Part shown: positions 52,701-64,000 of the stretch, one piece after another | Layout: each line of letters opens with the position of its first letter | Numbering within the stretch: the stretch's first letter is position 1 | Assembly: GCF_006345805.1 (NCBI RefSeq) | Contig: NC_042997.1 | Location: 55,366,001-55,430,000 of the forward strand | Length of the DNA: 64,000 nucleotides | Source of the DNA: Octopus sinensis | Lineage: Eukaryota | Reading direction: 5' to 3' | The notes under the pieces: generated by a model | Database searches by the model: none | Told to the model about the DNA's origin: nothing | Seen by the model: the letters and a program-made list of their open reading frames with translations, nothing else | Program-made: the position numbers and the translations under genes

Positions 52701-52920
52701 GTTTGTGTGTCTGCGTTTGTACCTTCAACATCGCTTCACAACCGATGCTGGTGCGCTTACGTCCCCGTAACTAAGCGGTTCGACAAAAGAGACCGATAGA
52801 ATAAGTACTGGGCTTACAAAGAATAAGTGCCCGGGGTCGATTTGCTCGACTAAAGGCGGTGCTCCAGCATGGCCACTGTCAAATGACTGAAACAAGTAAA
52901 AGAGCAAAAGAGTAAAAGAG
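52450..52920 (+). mobile_element. SINE-B full length
   Basis: Head, core, internal (TA)n(GT)n and 3' module as in 15506-15952. Confidence 0.9.
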
Positions 52921-53626
52921 TATGTGATAACGGGACCGGTGAAGACTGAGAAACTAACAAAATATGTGACTCATAACATAAGTATATGCCTTTGGGTGAC
53001 ATCACGATACTATTTCTCCATGAGACATGCTATTGTGCACGACATACAATACATTACAATTCAACAATTCAATCTACAAAGGGTAGTACTGAATATAGAA
53101 ATAGAGTAATACGTATAGAAATAGAGTGATGTATATAGAATTTACAGTAATGTAGAGATCACGCATTCTCACACATAATATGGAAGGATACTTGAGGAAA
53201 GAGCTTGCCAAATAGTGAAGCGTAAACATTACACACCATTACATAGGTTCTAGAAGAAAGAAAACTGTGTTTCAGATGTCCTTGATTGGTGAAAAGTAAA
53301 GATGGTTAAATTTAATGAAAACTAAAACAGCTGTTGAATCAAAGGAAAACCTGTAGCTATTATGACAAGAACATAAATTTTAATCTACATCTCTCATTAT
53401 ATTGCATTTGTTTATAAAGCTAACTGCCTCAGTAACTGCAATGGAAATCGCAATTACAAACAGCTTTGTCTGATATCCTATGTCTTCCCACATCCAAAGG
53501 CTTGTTAAGATTTTCTCTACAAATATTCTATAGAAATTATAGCCAGCACTGATTTTTCTTACGGTTTCATATCTGAGACGTCTGATGTAAACGGACAATG
53601 GGATCGAAGATGAAAAAGGGGGTAAT

Positions 53627-53676
53627 GGGAGTTTATACCATATTTCAGGAGATTTTTGCCCCTTCATCAGCACCCA
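53627..53676 (-). ncRNA. Type I hammerhead-like motif with intact core and weak stem I
   Basis: Reverse complement tgggtg CTGATGA agggg caaaaat ctcct GAAA ta tgg tat A aactccc. Confidence 0.5.
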
Positions 53677-53756
53677 GGCTGTGAAAATATTCGTATTAAT
53701 TCGAGTAGCGTATGCTGTAGCATTTTTCCAGAAATCATTTTAATATTCATAAGCAG

Positions 53757-53759
53757 GTA

Positions 53760-53856
<97 letters not shown>

Positions 53857-53857
53857 G

Positions 53858-53950
<93 letters not shown>
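53757..53950. repeat. (TATC)n microsatellite
   Basis: Direct inspection. Confidence 0.97.
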
Positions 53951-53951
<1 letters not shown>

Positions 53952-54169
53952 ACAATCTCTTTAACTTTCTCCCCTCTCTGTATATACATACATTAATGTA
54001 TATCTGCGGATGTCTGTGTGTATGGATATGAGCTCTGAAGGTGAACCTCATAGTAATCGAGCAAGAATCTGTTTGTACGTAAACTAAACAGTTTTAACAG
54101 AGATTCTTTCCCTACTTCTGTTATTGGATATATAAAATCATCTTTTCAGGTGTTTACGTTTTCACTCAT

Positions 54170-54269
54170 CTGTATGTGTCTAAACAAATAACTATAATTA
54201 TCTATCTACCTATCCATCTGTCTGTCTGTCTGTCTATCTTTCTTTCTGTGTGGGTGTATATACATGTGC

Positions 54270-54303
<34 letters not shown>

Positions 54304-54307
54304 GTGC

Positions 54308-54364
<57 letters not shown>

Positions 54365-54427
54365 AAAATATATATTTATATAAAAATATATATGCAGAAG
54401 ATTTCTCTCTCTCTCTCTCTCTCTCTC

Positions 54428-54508
<81 letters not shown>

Positions 54509-54531
54509 CATATAAGAGAACAAAGTGTTCG

Positions 54532-54569
<38 letters not shown>

Positions 54570-55760
54570 CACGCACACGTGTATGCGTGTGTGCGTGTAT
54601 GTGTATGTGTATGTGTGCGTGCGTGTGTGCGTGTGCGTGTGTGTGTGTGTGTATGTACGTGGTTCTATAGAATGCGGCCATTATTTCTAAAATTTCCTCC
54701 ATCTCCACTACCGCACACGGAAACGACACCCTAAAGAGTCATTGTTTTCCCGACTTTATTCCTTCACCCCCCCCCGCTTACATAACTGGCTAACTAACAA
54801 CGTTATGGTCACTATCGCCAGCTTTAGGAATACATCTATTTAATCAGTAGTCTCTGCGCTAACAAATTATACAACAGTTATTTTATATGTATAGCTTGCC
54901 ATTTGTTACATTCACAATGATCAAACTGACACTCCCCTCCTACCAACACCATACAAAACACACACACACACACACTCGGCACTGCCTCTCTTTTATTTCT
55001 CGTTCCCCGTTCTTATTCGTTGTTTCTCTTCCATTTTACCCTTTTTATTTCTTATATCATGCCCTCTATATCTTGCTACTTATGATTTCTCTCTCTCTTT
55101 CTCTCTCTCTCTCTGTCTCTCTCTCACTGTCACACACGCGCGCGCTTCCAGTTCGCCTCTATTTCTTTTTATATCTTTCTTCATTTTTTTTTATACTTCA
55201 CTACCTGCTCTCTCTCTCTCTCATGCTCTCTCTCTCTCATGCTCCCTCTCTCTCATGCTCTCTCTCTCTCTCACTATCTCTCTTTCTTTTTTCTTTCTGT
55301 CTTCCTAAGTTTCTTTCTTTCGTTCTTTGAGTATTCTTCTTCTCTCTCTCACTCACACTCTCTCTATTTTTTCCTCCCTCTTTGTTCTTCGTATTAATTT
55401 AGCACTACTATACTTTCTTTCCCATGATATCACCCATCGTATATATATATATATATATACGCATATACATAGTTTTATTTCTTTCTATCATCCCCGCTTT
55501 TAATAACTTAGACAAACACTTTTCACTTTTTCTTCTCCTCTCTCCTCTCTCTATTTTACTTCACTCTCTACTCCTTGTTCTCTATCCATTTCTATCTCTT
55601 ATTCACATATACAGTTTACACTGCTCTCCCTGTTGATATTATCTTTCCTTCTTTCTCTCTCTCCCCTTCCTTCGATGCCTCTCCTCTCTCTTTCACTCTC
55701 TGTCTCTTTTCCCTTCCTCTTCCCTATATCACTCTCCTGTTCTTTTCATTCGTAATAGTT
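54170..55760. repeat. (TA)n/(TC)n/(TG)n microsatellites and polypyrimidine-rich tract
   Basis: Direct inspection. Confidence 0.85.
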
Positions 55761-56344
55761 ACTCGTGCCAAATTTTATATTAGCTCCAATGTCTCTTTAC
55801 CATTTATTTGTTAGTCATCTCACATTTGTTCTATAACGTTAAGTCACTTTTGGGGCTTACTACTAGACCAGGGATCATCTCTTTATCAATGCGAGGATTT
55901 AGCAGATAAAATATAGATTCTGTTTATCAGCACTAACCCAAGGGGACATAGCGAATGCCATCTGTGTTTGTGTCCCTTTGTACTTTGGTAAATATATCAT
56001 CGAACTCTCTTTTGGTATTTTGCTTCAATTAGTTCCAGAGCAGGTTGTCCCTCTGCTGCGTTCGAAATGATTGGCCCCAAAGGTTACTTGGTTTGATCTG
56101 CTACACAGATTAAGTTTATAAATTAATAGTAGGTGAGCAATTTCCCTTATGATGTTTTGACCTTGTTTAGTTCTGTGAAACAATGCCGACCGTTGAGTAA
56201 TTTCGTAATGCCATAGTAGCAGTAGTACATCTAGTTGAAATAATTCGCTTCTCTAGTATCTGGGTAATTTTATGGTAGTTTTTGCGCAATGTGCACAGAC
56301 TCACGTCAAACATATCACTAAACAACATGCCAAACGACCGAAAC

Positions 56345-56401
56345 GGACGCGCGCGCACACACACATATATATATATATACATATATATATACATATATAT
56401 A

Positions 56402-56466
<65 letters not shown>

Positions 56467-57304
56467 CATAAATACAAGCTGTGCTCCAGCATGACCTCAA
56501 TCCAGTGACTCACATGAATAATGAATTAAAAAAAAATACAGAAATATACACAGAATAAAACAAATACTCACGTGCTTACACAACCGTGTAACATGCAAGC
56601 ATATTATATAGACATTTCGCAAGCATTTCGCAAGCATTCATGAATATGTACAAACTTACATATAATTACAAATCTAAATCTATACTTACATACATACATA
56701 CATACAAACGTACATACATACATACATACATACAACATACATACATACATACATACATACATACATACATACATACATACATACATACATACATACATAC
56801 GTATACATACTATGCTGAACTATTGAAGAATCTACAGCTACCCTATCCAGATTACAAATTCAAGTATATACGTGTAATCATTAGAGCAGTGGGATATGTA
56901 ACAGATTGCCTAAATACCAATCTTGAGAAATTAGGCTTCTCAAAACTAGATAGAGAAAGCTGATTCGAAGTCTACAGATCCAAGCCATCATTGGAAATAT
57001 AAAAATCTGTAAAACTTTCCAGAAGTTTATCATTTAGATATATATGGGCATGCCAAGGCATGCAACTATAACAGGAGAATACATACTTAAAAAAGCACAC
57101 ACACAAATCTGCACATATACATACATACATACAAAAATACCCTGTCGATGTTGAAATTCCAATGAAAGAGATTTGGATATAGGTTAGAAACCGGCTCTTT
57201 CTGTATTGGTTGGAAACCTTGAAATAAAACTGAATGATGACATACATACAGGCATACATACACATACATACATACATACATACATACATACATACATACA
57301 TACA

Positions 57305-57338
<34 letters not shown>

Positions 57339-57360
57339 CATACATACATCATGCATGCAT
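56345..57360. repeat. (TA)n and (TACA)n microsatellites
   Basis: Direct inspection. Confidence 0.9.
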
Positions 57361-58219
57361 ATGCGTGATGATTGTGAACTCGTAGACGAGTATGACCATC
57401 ACTGACAAAGCAATTTTAGGCCCAATAAGATTTGCACAACACCTTATAGACCCTCACCACTGATTTGACGTGATTGAGACACAAGCCGAGGCAAGATACT
57501 GAGTCCCAATATGGATTGCAACCTCAGTAATGTGGGAGTACCATGATCTGAAGCGCGAGTAAAAGATTCCCCCAAAGTCCAATGGCATTCCTTGTATACC
57601 CAATTTAATATAAGTGTGACCTTTTCCTGGCACTCCCTTAAGGGTTCACCACATCTTAGAGCAGAAAAACTGTCAGTTAATGATGCTCATTGTGTAACAT
57701 TTGGTTTTTCCCGTGTTATCTCTTTGTTCCTATTACCATTCTATATTTACATAACATCGTGTTCTGGGCCATACGTATAGTGAGTTCTACACCAGATTGT
57801 TAGTTCCGCGATGCGTAAAAGAAATATTAATACACGCACACAGACACAGATACATATATCGAATCTCCTGCCAGTTAACGTAGGATCCCTTGACAACAAT
57901 GTAAATTTCATTTGATTGAGGTATCTTTGGCCCGACGAGTAGCTAAATCTATACTTACATACATACAGAAATATACACAGAAATTACTACTTCCGAGGTT
58001 CTTCTAAATATTGAACATATGTAGCCTGGATTTTATCAACTCAATTCCATTATTTTGCATTTTTATTCGCATACACAGCAACCCCAGGTTATTTTATAAC
58101 CGTTACGGTTATTTTATAACCATAAGTTATAAAATAACTTTTTTCAGCTTATCGAACTTCGGCATGGGGAAGATTTACAACCTTCTATGTCAATAAACCA
58201 ATATTGTTCCTGAAAATAA

Positions 58220-58481
58220 ATTTACACTATTTACATTCGACGGATATTTGTCCTCATCTTGTTTGTTGTTTAACACCTGACACTACCAAAAGAACGTTTC
58301 GGCTGATATACTCTCTAAGACTTCATCAAGTGTCTTGGGGAAATTTCGAACCTGGGTTCTCATTCCTATGGTTGTTTTTTTTTTCGGTGTTATTATTCTT
58401 ATTCAGGTCACTGCCTGGCTTCGAACTTGGAATCTTGGGCTTAGTAGCCCGCACTCTTAACCACTACGTCATATACCCATG
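58220..58481 (-). mobile_element. tRNA-head/(AAT)n/hammerhead composite element, copy 3
   Basis: Reverse complement catgggtatatgacgtagtggttaagagtgcgggctactaagcccaagattccaagttcgaagccaggcagtgacctg-aataagaataat-...gacac ttgatga..cagcc gaaac gtt [16-nt insert] gtgtt..gaggacaaatatccgtcgaatgtaaatagtgtaaat. Confidence 0.85.
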
Positions 58482-58519
58482 CACAATTATAGAGTGAATT
58501 TTAGGGCTTATAAATCTAT

Positions 58520-58835
58520 CGTCTGCTTAGGAGGTTGTGTCCTAGCATATGTGCTGCTTCTTTTAGTCTTCGTATTTTCCAGTGGTGTTCTCTGTCTATT
58601 ATTTTAACTTCATCCCACAGAGGGAGGTGATCTCCATTTTCCATACATGTTCAGCTTTACCTGATTTATCAATATCTTCTAGTGTCACAGCTTTGCGATG
58701 TTCCCCTACCCTTATTTTGATGGGGCGGCATGTTTCACCTACCACAGCCGCACTGGATAGAGTACACGCAGTTTTTGGTCATATTCTCTTCTATTGGTGG
58801 TTTCACTCGAAGTAGATATTTGCGAAGTGTTGTAT
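58520..58835 (-). mobile_element. Penelope-like GIY-YIG endonuclease fragment (Penelope/Poseidon-like)
   Basis: Manual translation TLRKYLLRVKP..KNCVYSIQCGCG[short deletion]ETCRPIKIRVGEHRK..KSGKAEHVWK / GDHLPLWDEVKIIDREHHWKIRRLKEAAHM..LLSR. Confidence 0.8.
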
Positions 58836-60142
58836 TTTTTATACCTCATACCTCATATTTTTTATACCTCATACGGACTACTCGAAACTGAGTAACTTCC
58901 TACACTTTGATGCTTGGACCTTACCTTTACTCACACACATACACAGACACACATAACTATATAGTGAAACAGCCTGAGCGAACAATTCCCAACAACTTTT
59001 TCTACCACATACTTTTTTAGTAAACTGTTGAAGACTGTATTCTTTTAACTGTCCAGTCCCTTCCAATCACAAGTGTACTATTATTACTTTGTAAACGTTT
59101 TCCCTTTCCTACATTACAATGGCTAGCTCTTGGCGTATTACAGTTTTCGTTTACTGTTTTCTTTCCTGAATATGATTTTTTCAATGAAAGAAGCTTTATT
59201 GGTGACACATTTCTGCTTTTAGAAGGTACCCTCGAAAATTAAATTTGTTCCTAAGTAATCTAACTATCTCCTTAGTATGATCTGTAATGGATGATATATA
59301 GAAATTTGACCCAGTTGCAATAGTCTGGTCTCTCACCGTCTAGTTTCAAACAAGACTGCATAATTTTCAACTAATTATTTTTGTTCTGGCCAAGTTAATA
59401 CCCCAAATCCTCAATACAGTCTTTTACCTGCTAATATAATAATTTTCAACAAGTATTTAAAAACCTGTAAATGATGAACTATTTCTCAATTTCCTTGCCA
59501 AGCCTGCAGGCTATGCAAGCCTAATGTTATTTTCATGCATCTTGAGTTCTTCCTTTCTTTCTTTTGTTCCCAGAAACTATGTTCTAATCACACCTTTCTT
59601 CAATTAGCATGGTGACTGGTACACCAATGAAGCGAAATTATTTTTCTTGCAAGAATCTTCAGTAACTGAGATTAAGCATCTTCTTTATTTTTCCCGTCAG
59701 CAAATACTTCCAATTTGACTGAACATTTCCCGTCAAACCCGCACATGGCTACCCGCTACAGTTACACATATACATATGTTATCTAACCGTTAGGCCCCGT
59801 AGCAATATAAGAAGAAAATGGATGTTGAAGAATTAATAAAAAATTACACATCTCAATGTCATGTAGTATTAAGCAATTGTCAACCTAGTGATTTTGTATT
59901 ACCATGTACCATAGTAATGATATTCTCGTGGATATTTTAAATAAAAAAAACGAATAAGATAACATGGATGGGCTCTCGCGGTTTGATAATGAAATAACTA
60001 AATACTTTTTAACTCCCTAAATTGTTCTAACAATGTAATCTTTTTGATTTTGCTTTCGTTCATTTTGTTTTTTCTTATTACTTTTCTCTGTGTTGTAACT
60101 TTTTGCACATACTACAGATTTTATCTTACGTAGTGAAATATT

Positions 60143-60355
60143 CTTTTCGACTCTAGGCACAAGGCCCGACATTTTGGGGGAGGGAGCCAGTCGATTAGAT
60201 CGACCCCAGTACGCAACTGGTACTTAATCTATCGACCCCGAAAGGATGAAAGGCAAAGTCGACCTCGGCGAAATTTGAAGTCAGAACTTAAAGACAGACG
60301 AAATGCCACTAAGTATTTCGCCCGGCGTGCTAACGTTTCTATCAGTTCACCGCCT
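60143..60355 (-). mobile_element. Full SINE-A with 17-bp TSD
   Basis: Direct repeat ttacgtagtgaaatatt at 60126-60142 and 60356-60372. Confidence 0.92.
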
Positions 60356-63299
60356 TTACGTAGTGAAATATTGTAATATATTTGGGGGCCTTATTACTGC
60401 AACTTTGATATCAACATGTGGTATTTAGGGTAAAGCAATTTCCTGTTTCATCTTTGTATGAAAATGGTCTGACAACTTTTGCAGTGGTTACACTGTACCA
60501 AGCAGTAACATTTTCCTGGTGCTTTTAAAAAAATAACTGAGGTTTACTATGCTCTGCTATCAGTAACATTGCTCATTTATAAATCCATTTAATTGAAAAT
60601 AAACCTTATTTGACATAATCATTTTTAGTGAAAACTTCAGCTGTTAATTTTTGCACTACTTATGGGGTTAATTATATTAATTATATATATTATTCGATCC
60701 AATGAGATTGTTGCTCCCTAATTGAATAGAGAGATTTTCTATTAATGTTTAGGGTTTTCCTAAATTGTTTTTATTATCAGCTCAATATTCTTGTTGGAAT
60801 AACTTATTCAAAATCGCTCTGCGCGTCTTCAATAGTCGATGGTTCTGGTAGCCTTAAACCAACCCTCTAATCTCTAAATTGTTCATGCTGCTGGGACTCT
60901 TTAATTCTCATATTGTCAATAAATTAATTTTTCTTACTAATAATTCAATTATTTCTATTGTACATTAAATTAGTAACAGCCTATTCTCGTGGATATCGAT
61001 TCATTAAAAACATTTGGAGGTTGTGTTTTATAATTTGTAAAACAGAAATTTAAGTTACATCCCCCTCCCCAAAACTATACAGACTTAAAATGAAGTAATT
61101 AATTTTGGGACAGTATGAACAGCGAATATCAACCACATCAATCTTACCAGGACAGGAGGGCACGCATAGGTCATAGTAATGTGATAGGATTGCAATAATT
61201 TTTGGTTCTATCATATTAACTTTGCCATGGATTCAATATAATTTTTTATATTCACCCTATCGAAATGCACCAGTCAAGTTTTTTATGTGATTGTTCTATT
61301 TCCCGACTTTAGCTACAATTCCCTCCAGTTTATTCGAATTTGCATTAAAGAAGATTGTTGGAGTTTTTTTGAAAATATTCTCTAAACTTGCAAGCATGAT
61401 TCCGAATGATATACTTGCGCAATATTTAGTAAGGGAATTCACAATACTATTTTATTCCCTAGTTCTATGAAACCACACCTCTTCTTTTATCCATCACTGT
61501 TGATTTCCACAACTTTTCTCTCGTTCTTTCCTAGATTCATATTAATTTTAAGTACCCCTGTGAAACAGCTGCTTTTAGATGCATCACTCTGTGATTCATC
61601 CTCCTCTGTTGTTAATTTTATATATATATATATAAACATTTTTGTGTTATCGTTGTTTACTTAGCGACCTAGAAGATAGTTATGTTAGTACAGTTCTATA
61701 TTTAATTTTTCTATATAGTTATGTTACTGTTAAAATATTTACAACAGTCAGCATGAAAATGGAGAAAAGCAATAATCATTTAGCGACAAATATTAGTTTT
61801 ATTCATTCACCATCTGCAGGAAGAAACCATGAACATGTTTCAGACCATCACAGTAGTTCAGGAAGTAGTGGCGGGCGAATTTCCAAATAAATGTAAAATA
61901 ATGTTCTGTGTTAGGCGTAGTAACGATATGTTGTATAGGAAATACATTCCACATTGACTCTGTTAGCATGCAGTAAAGTATAAGTTAGTGTTAACACATG
62001 TAATGCAAGGATCATCAGAAAGATAGCTGAAAATATATATACTATAAGGGAAACATCAGTTACACACTAACAATTTGATTTTGGCTTCTTACACCTCCCA
62101 AGCCTCATTTGTGTGCATATATTTAGTGATTCGCCTGTCACTACTTCGAGTTGTAAGGTAACGTATATACTTCTCTGAAGAGAACTATGAGAATGAAATA
62201 TGCCCAGATGTTTTTTGCCACACTTTATTTTTTTACTTATTTCAGTCATTTGTCTGCAGTCAAAAGATTTAAAAAATGCTTTCCACAAAGCTTTTCCAGT
62301 GAGTTTTGATAATCTTTACAAGAAATATATTTTCATGCGAGCTGTGTCCCTTGGATTTGCTAAACAAAGTTAGAGGATAGTTTACAAACCAGCGTTGTGT
62401 ACCAGAGTGGGGTATAAAACTTAGTTAATGCCGATGGTATCTAGGAGGCTAAGTTTTATCATAATTATGAAATAATACGTGCTAAAGAAAATAACTCAAA
62501 AATGCTAATAAAATGAATTAAAACAAATAATATAAGAAGTGTTATAGTGAAAGGTGCGCAGCCCAAAGTTATCAAATAATTGAAATTTCCCTCCTGGAGA
62601 AAAAGTAAAACATCTAGGCTTTGTGATTGTGGTAATATAGCATCTTGTTATAGTTTAGCGATTGAAAAATTGTTGTCGCCTGTCAACTATTGTGTGAATG
62701 TGGAACTGGGGAGTTCTCATAACTTTTGATGAATTAAGTGTTGTTGAAATAATGAAAATGTTGCTTTGTTTTTTGAAACTTTGGTGACTGAAGCTTTTTA
62801 TGTGTTCTCTGAAACAATGGTGACAGATATGTTGCTATGTCCAGTGCAGAGCTGGTAGTTGTGGTGCAATTAAGCTATGTGAACCTTTGGTAACTGAGGT
62901 GCATTCGAATGCTGTGAAACTTTGGTGATCACCATGTTGTTGAGTCTCCTTTAATTTTGAGTATTGGTCAATTTAGACAATTGCAGACAACTAAAGAAGT
63001 CTGCAATCATCGACGCTATTGTTCAACAACTGCAACATACAAAATAAAATATTTACATTTTCCTTCTCATTTCGTTTAGAAACAGATAGTTGTCCGAGAT
63101 TGGTACATAACTTAGGAGACATTTCATTTTCTAATAGTGTTTAACAATAGTATCTGAAGGCATTGATATTTTCTAGAGTATATCATTCTATAAAGTACTT
63201 TATGACTATGTTTCTAACTCTTATTTTATCAGGTTACTTCATAATAGTAGGATAATTTCAACGCGATTAGTTCGGCGATATTTAACTGGTTTATTCTTT

Positions 63300-64000
63300 A
63301 TTCCTCCTGTTTTCCTCAGTTACTTTTCTTGCTAACTATTTACCATGAAATTTAATATTTCTATATATCTTCTATTATTGTTCTTGGTCTTTCTAACAGC
63401 CTCTGTTTAATGGGTTCTTTAAACATAATAATACATATTGCATTTTTGTTTTGCTCATAATTTGTAGCTCTGTGTGTTAAGTTTTCAGTATACTTTACTG
63501 CATATGTTACAAGAATTTGATAGTTTACTGTTTTTCGGTAAATATAACATGTCCTTGTTGGCTAATTGGCGCTTTCTCAATGCAGTATTTTCTTTGTGAA
63601 TCTTCTGATGTTTTTAACACCCGCATCTTCTGATAGTGAAATATTCTACCGCTAACTTATTACTAGAAAAGCTAGAATATTGGTAGGTTTTGCCTTATTT
63701 TTGGTATTTATCTGTTTTGAGTATTAATCTGCTACCCCTTTATAACCTTTTCTTTAAATTGTGTGTGTTTTACTCTGCGTAGTTCATTTGTTTCAAAGTA
63801 ATTACAAGTCGTTTTTACTCCGATTCTCTTATCTCTGTTCCGTTAGCTAAAATGATATTTGTGTTATTTTGCTTTTAATATAATGTTCATCTCTTCAATG
63901 TTCCTTGTTACAAATTTTGTAAACTGAATTTCATACCAATTTCCCTACTGAATCCATCAACTGCATATAATAATATTTCCAATTGTTTGACATCTGCAAT
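63300..64000 (-). mobile_element. Heavily decayed R4/Dong-like fragment (runs off window end)
   Basis: KQLEILLYAVDGFSREIGMKFSL aligns by eye to NELEGLLRTVKAFSDDIGMEFEL of the 35-39 kb element; RLILKT/INTKNKAKPTNILA aligns to RAVLKSELNARNKVLAINSLA. Confidence 0.65.

Overview
AT-rich, repeat-saturated eukaryotic DNA with no confidently identifiable host protein-coding exon. The 5S variant and repeat landscape resemble an octopod/cephalopod mollusc genome (inference from memory, not searched). Contents: (i) two abundant tRNA-derived SINE families (called SINE-A and SINE-B here); (ii) CR1/L2-group LINE fragments; (iii) a nearly full-length R4/Dong-clade RLE retrotransposon (one frameshift plus one nonsense codon) and at least five further Dong fragments, several sitting in (AAT)n; (iv) several decayed Penelope-like elements (PLE; RT and GIY-YIG); (v) a dispersed 5S rRNA pseudogene; (vi) very many microsatellites and three long fold-back repeats. 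The most striking hidden layer is about ten type I hammerhead-ribozyme (HHR)-like motifs from several sequence-unrelated families. One family occurs three times as a composite element: tRNA-like Pol III head, then (AAT)n, then a PLE-type minimal hammerhead and a short tail. It is a candidate Penelope-mobilised, self-cleaving SINE/retrozyme. SINE-B shares its 3' tail with the CR1-type LINE in the same window. All alignments and folds were done by eye, and repeat boundaries are approximate.
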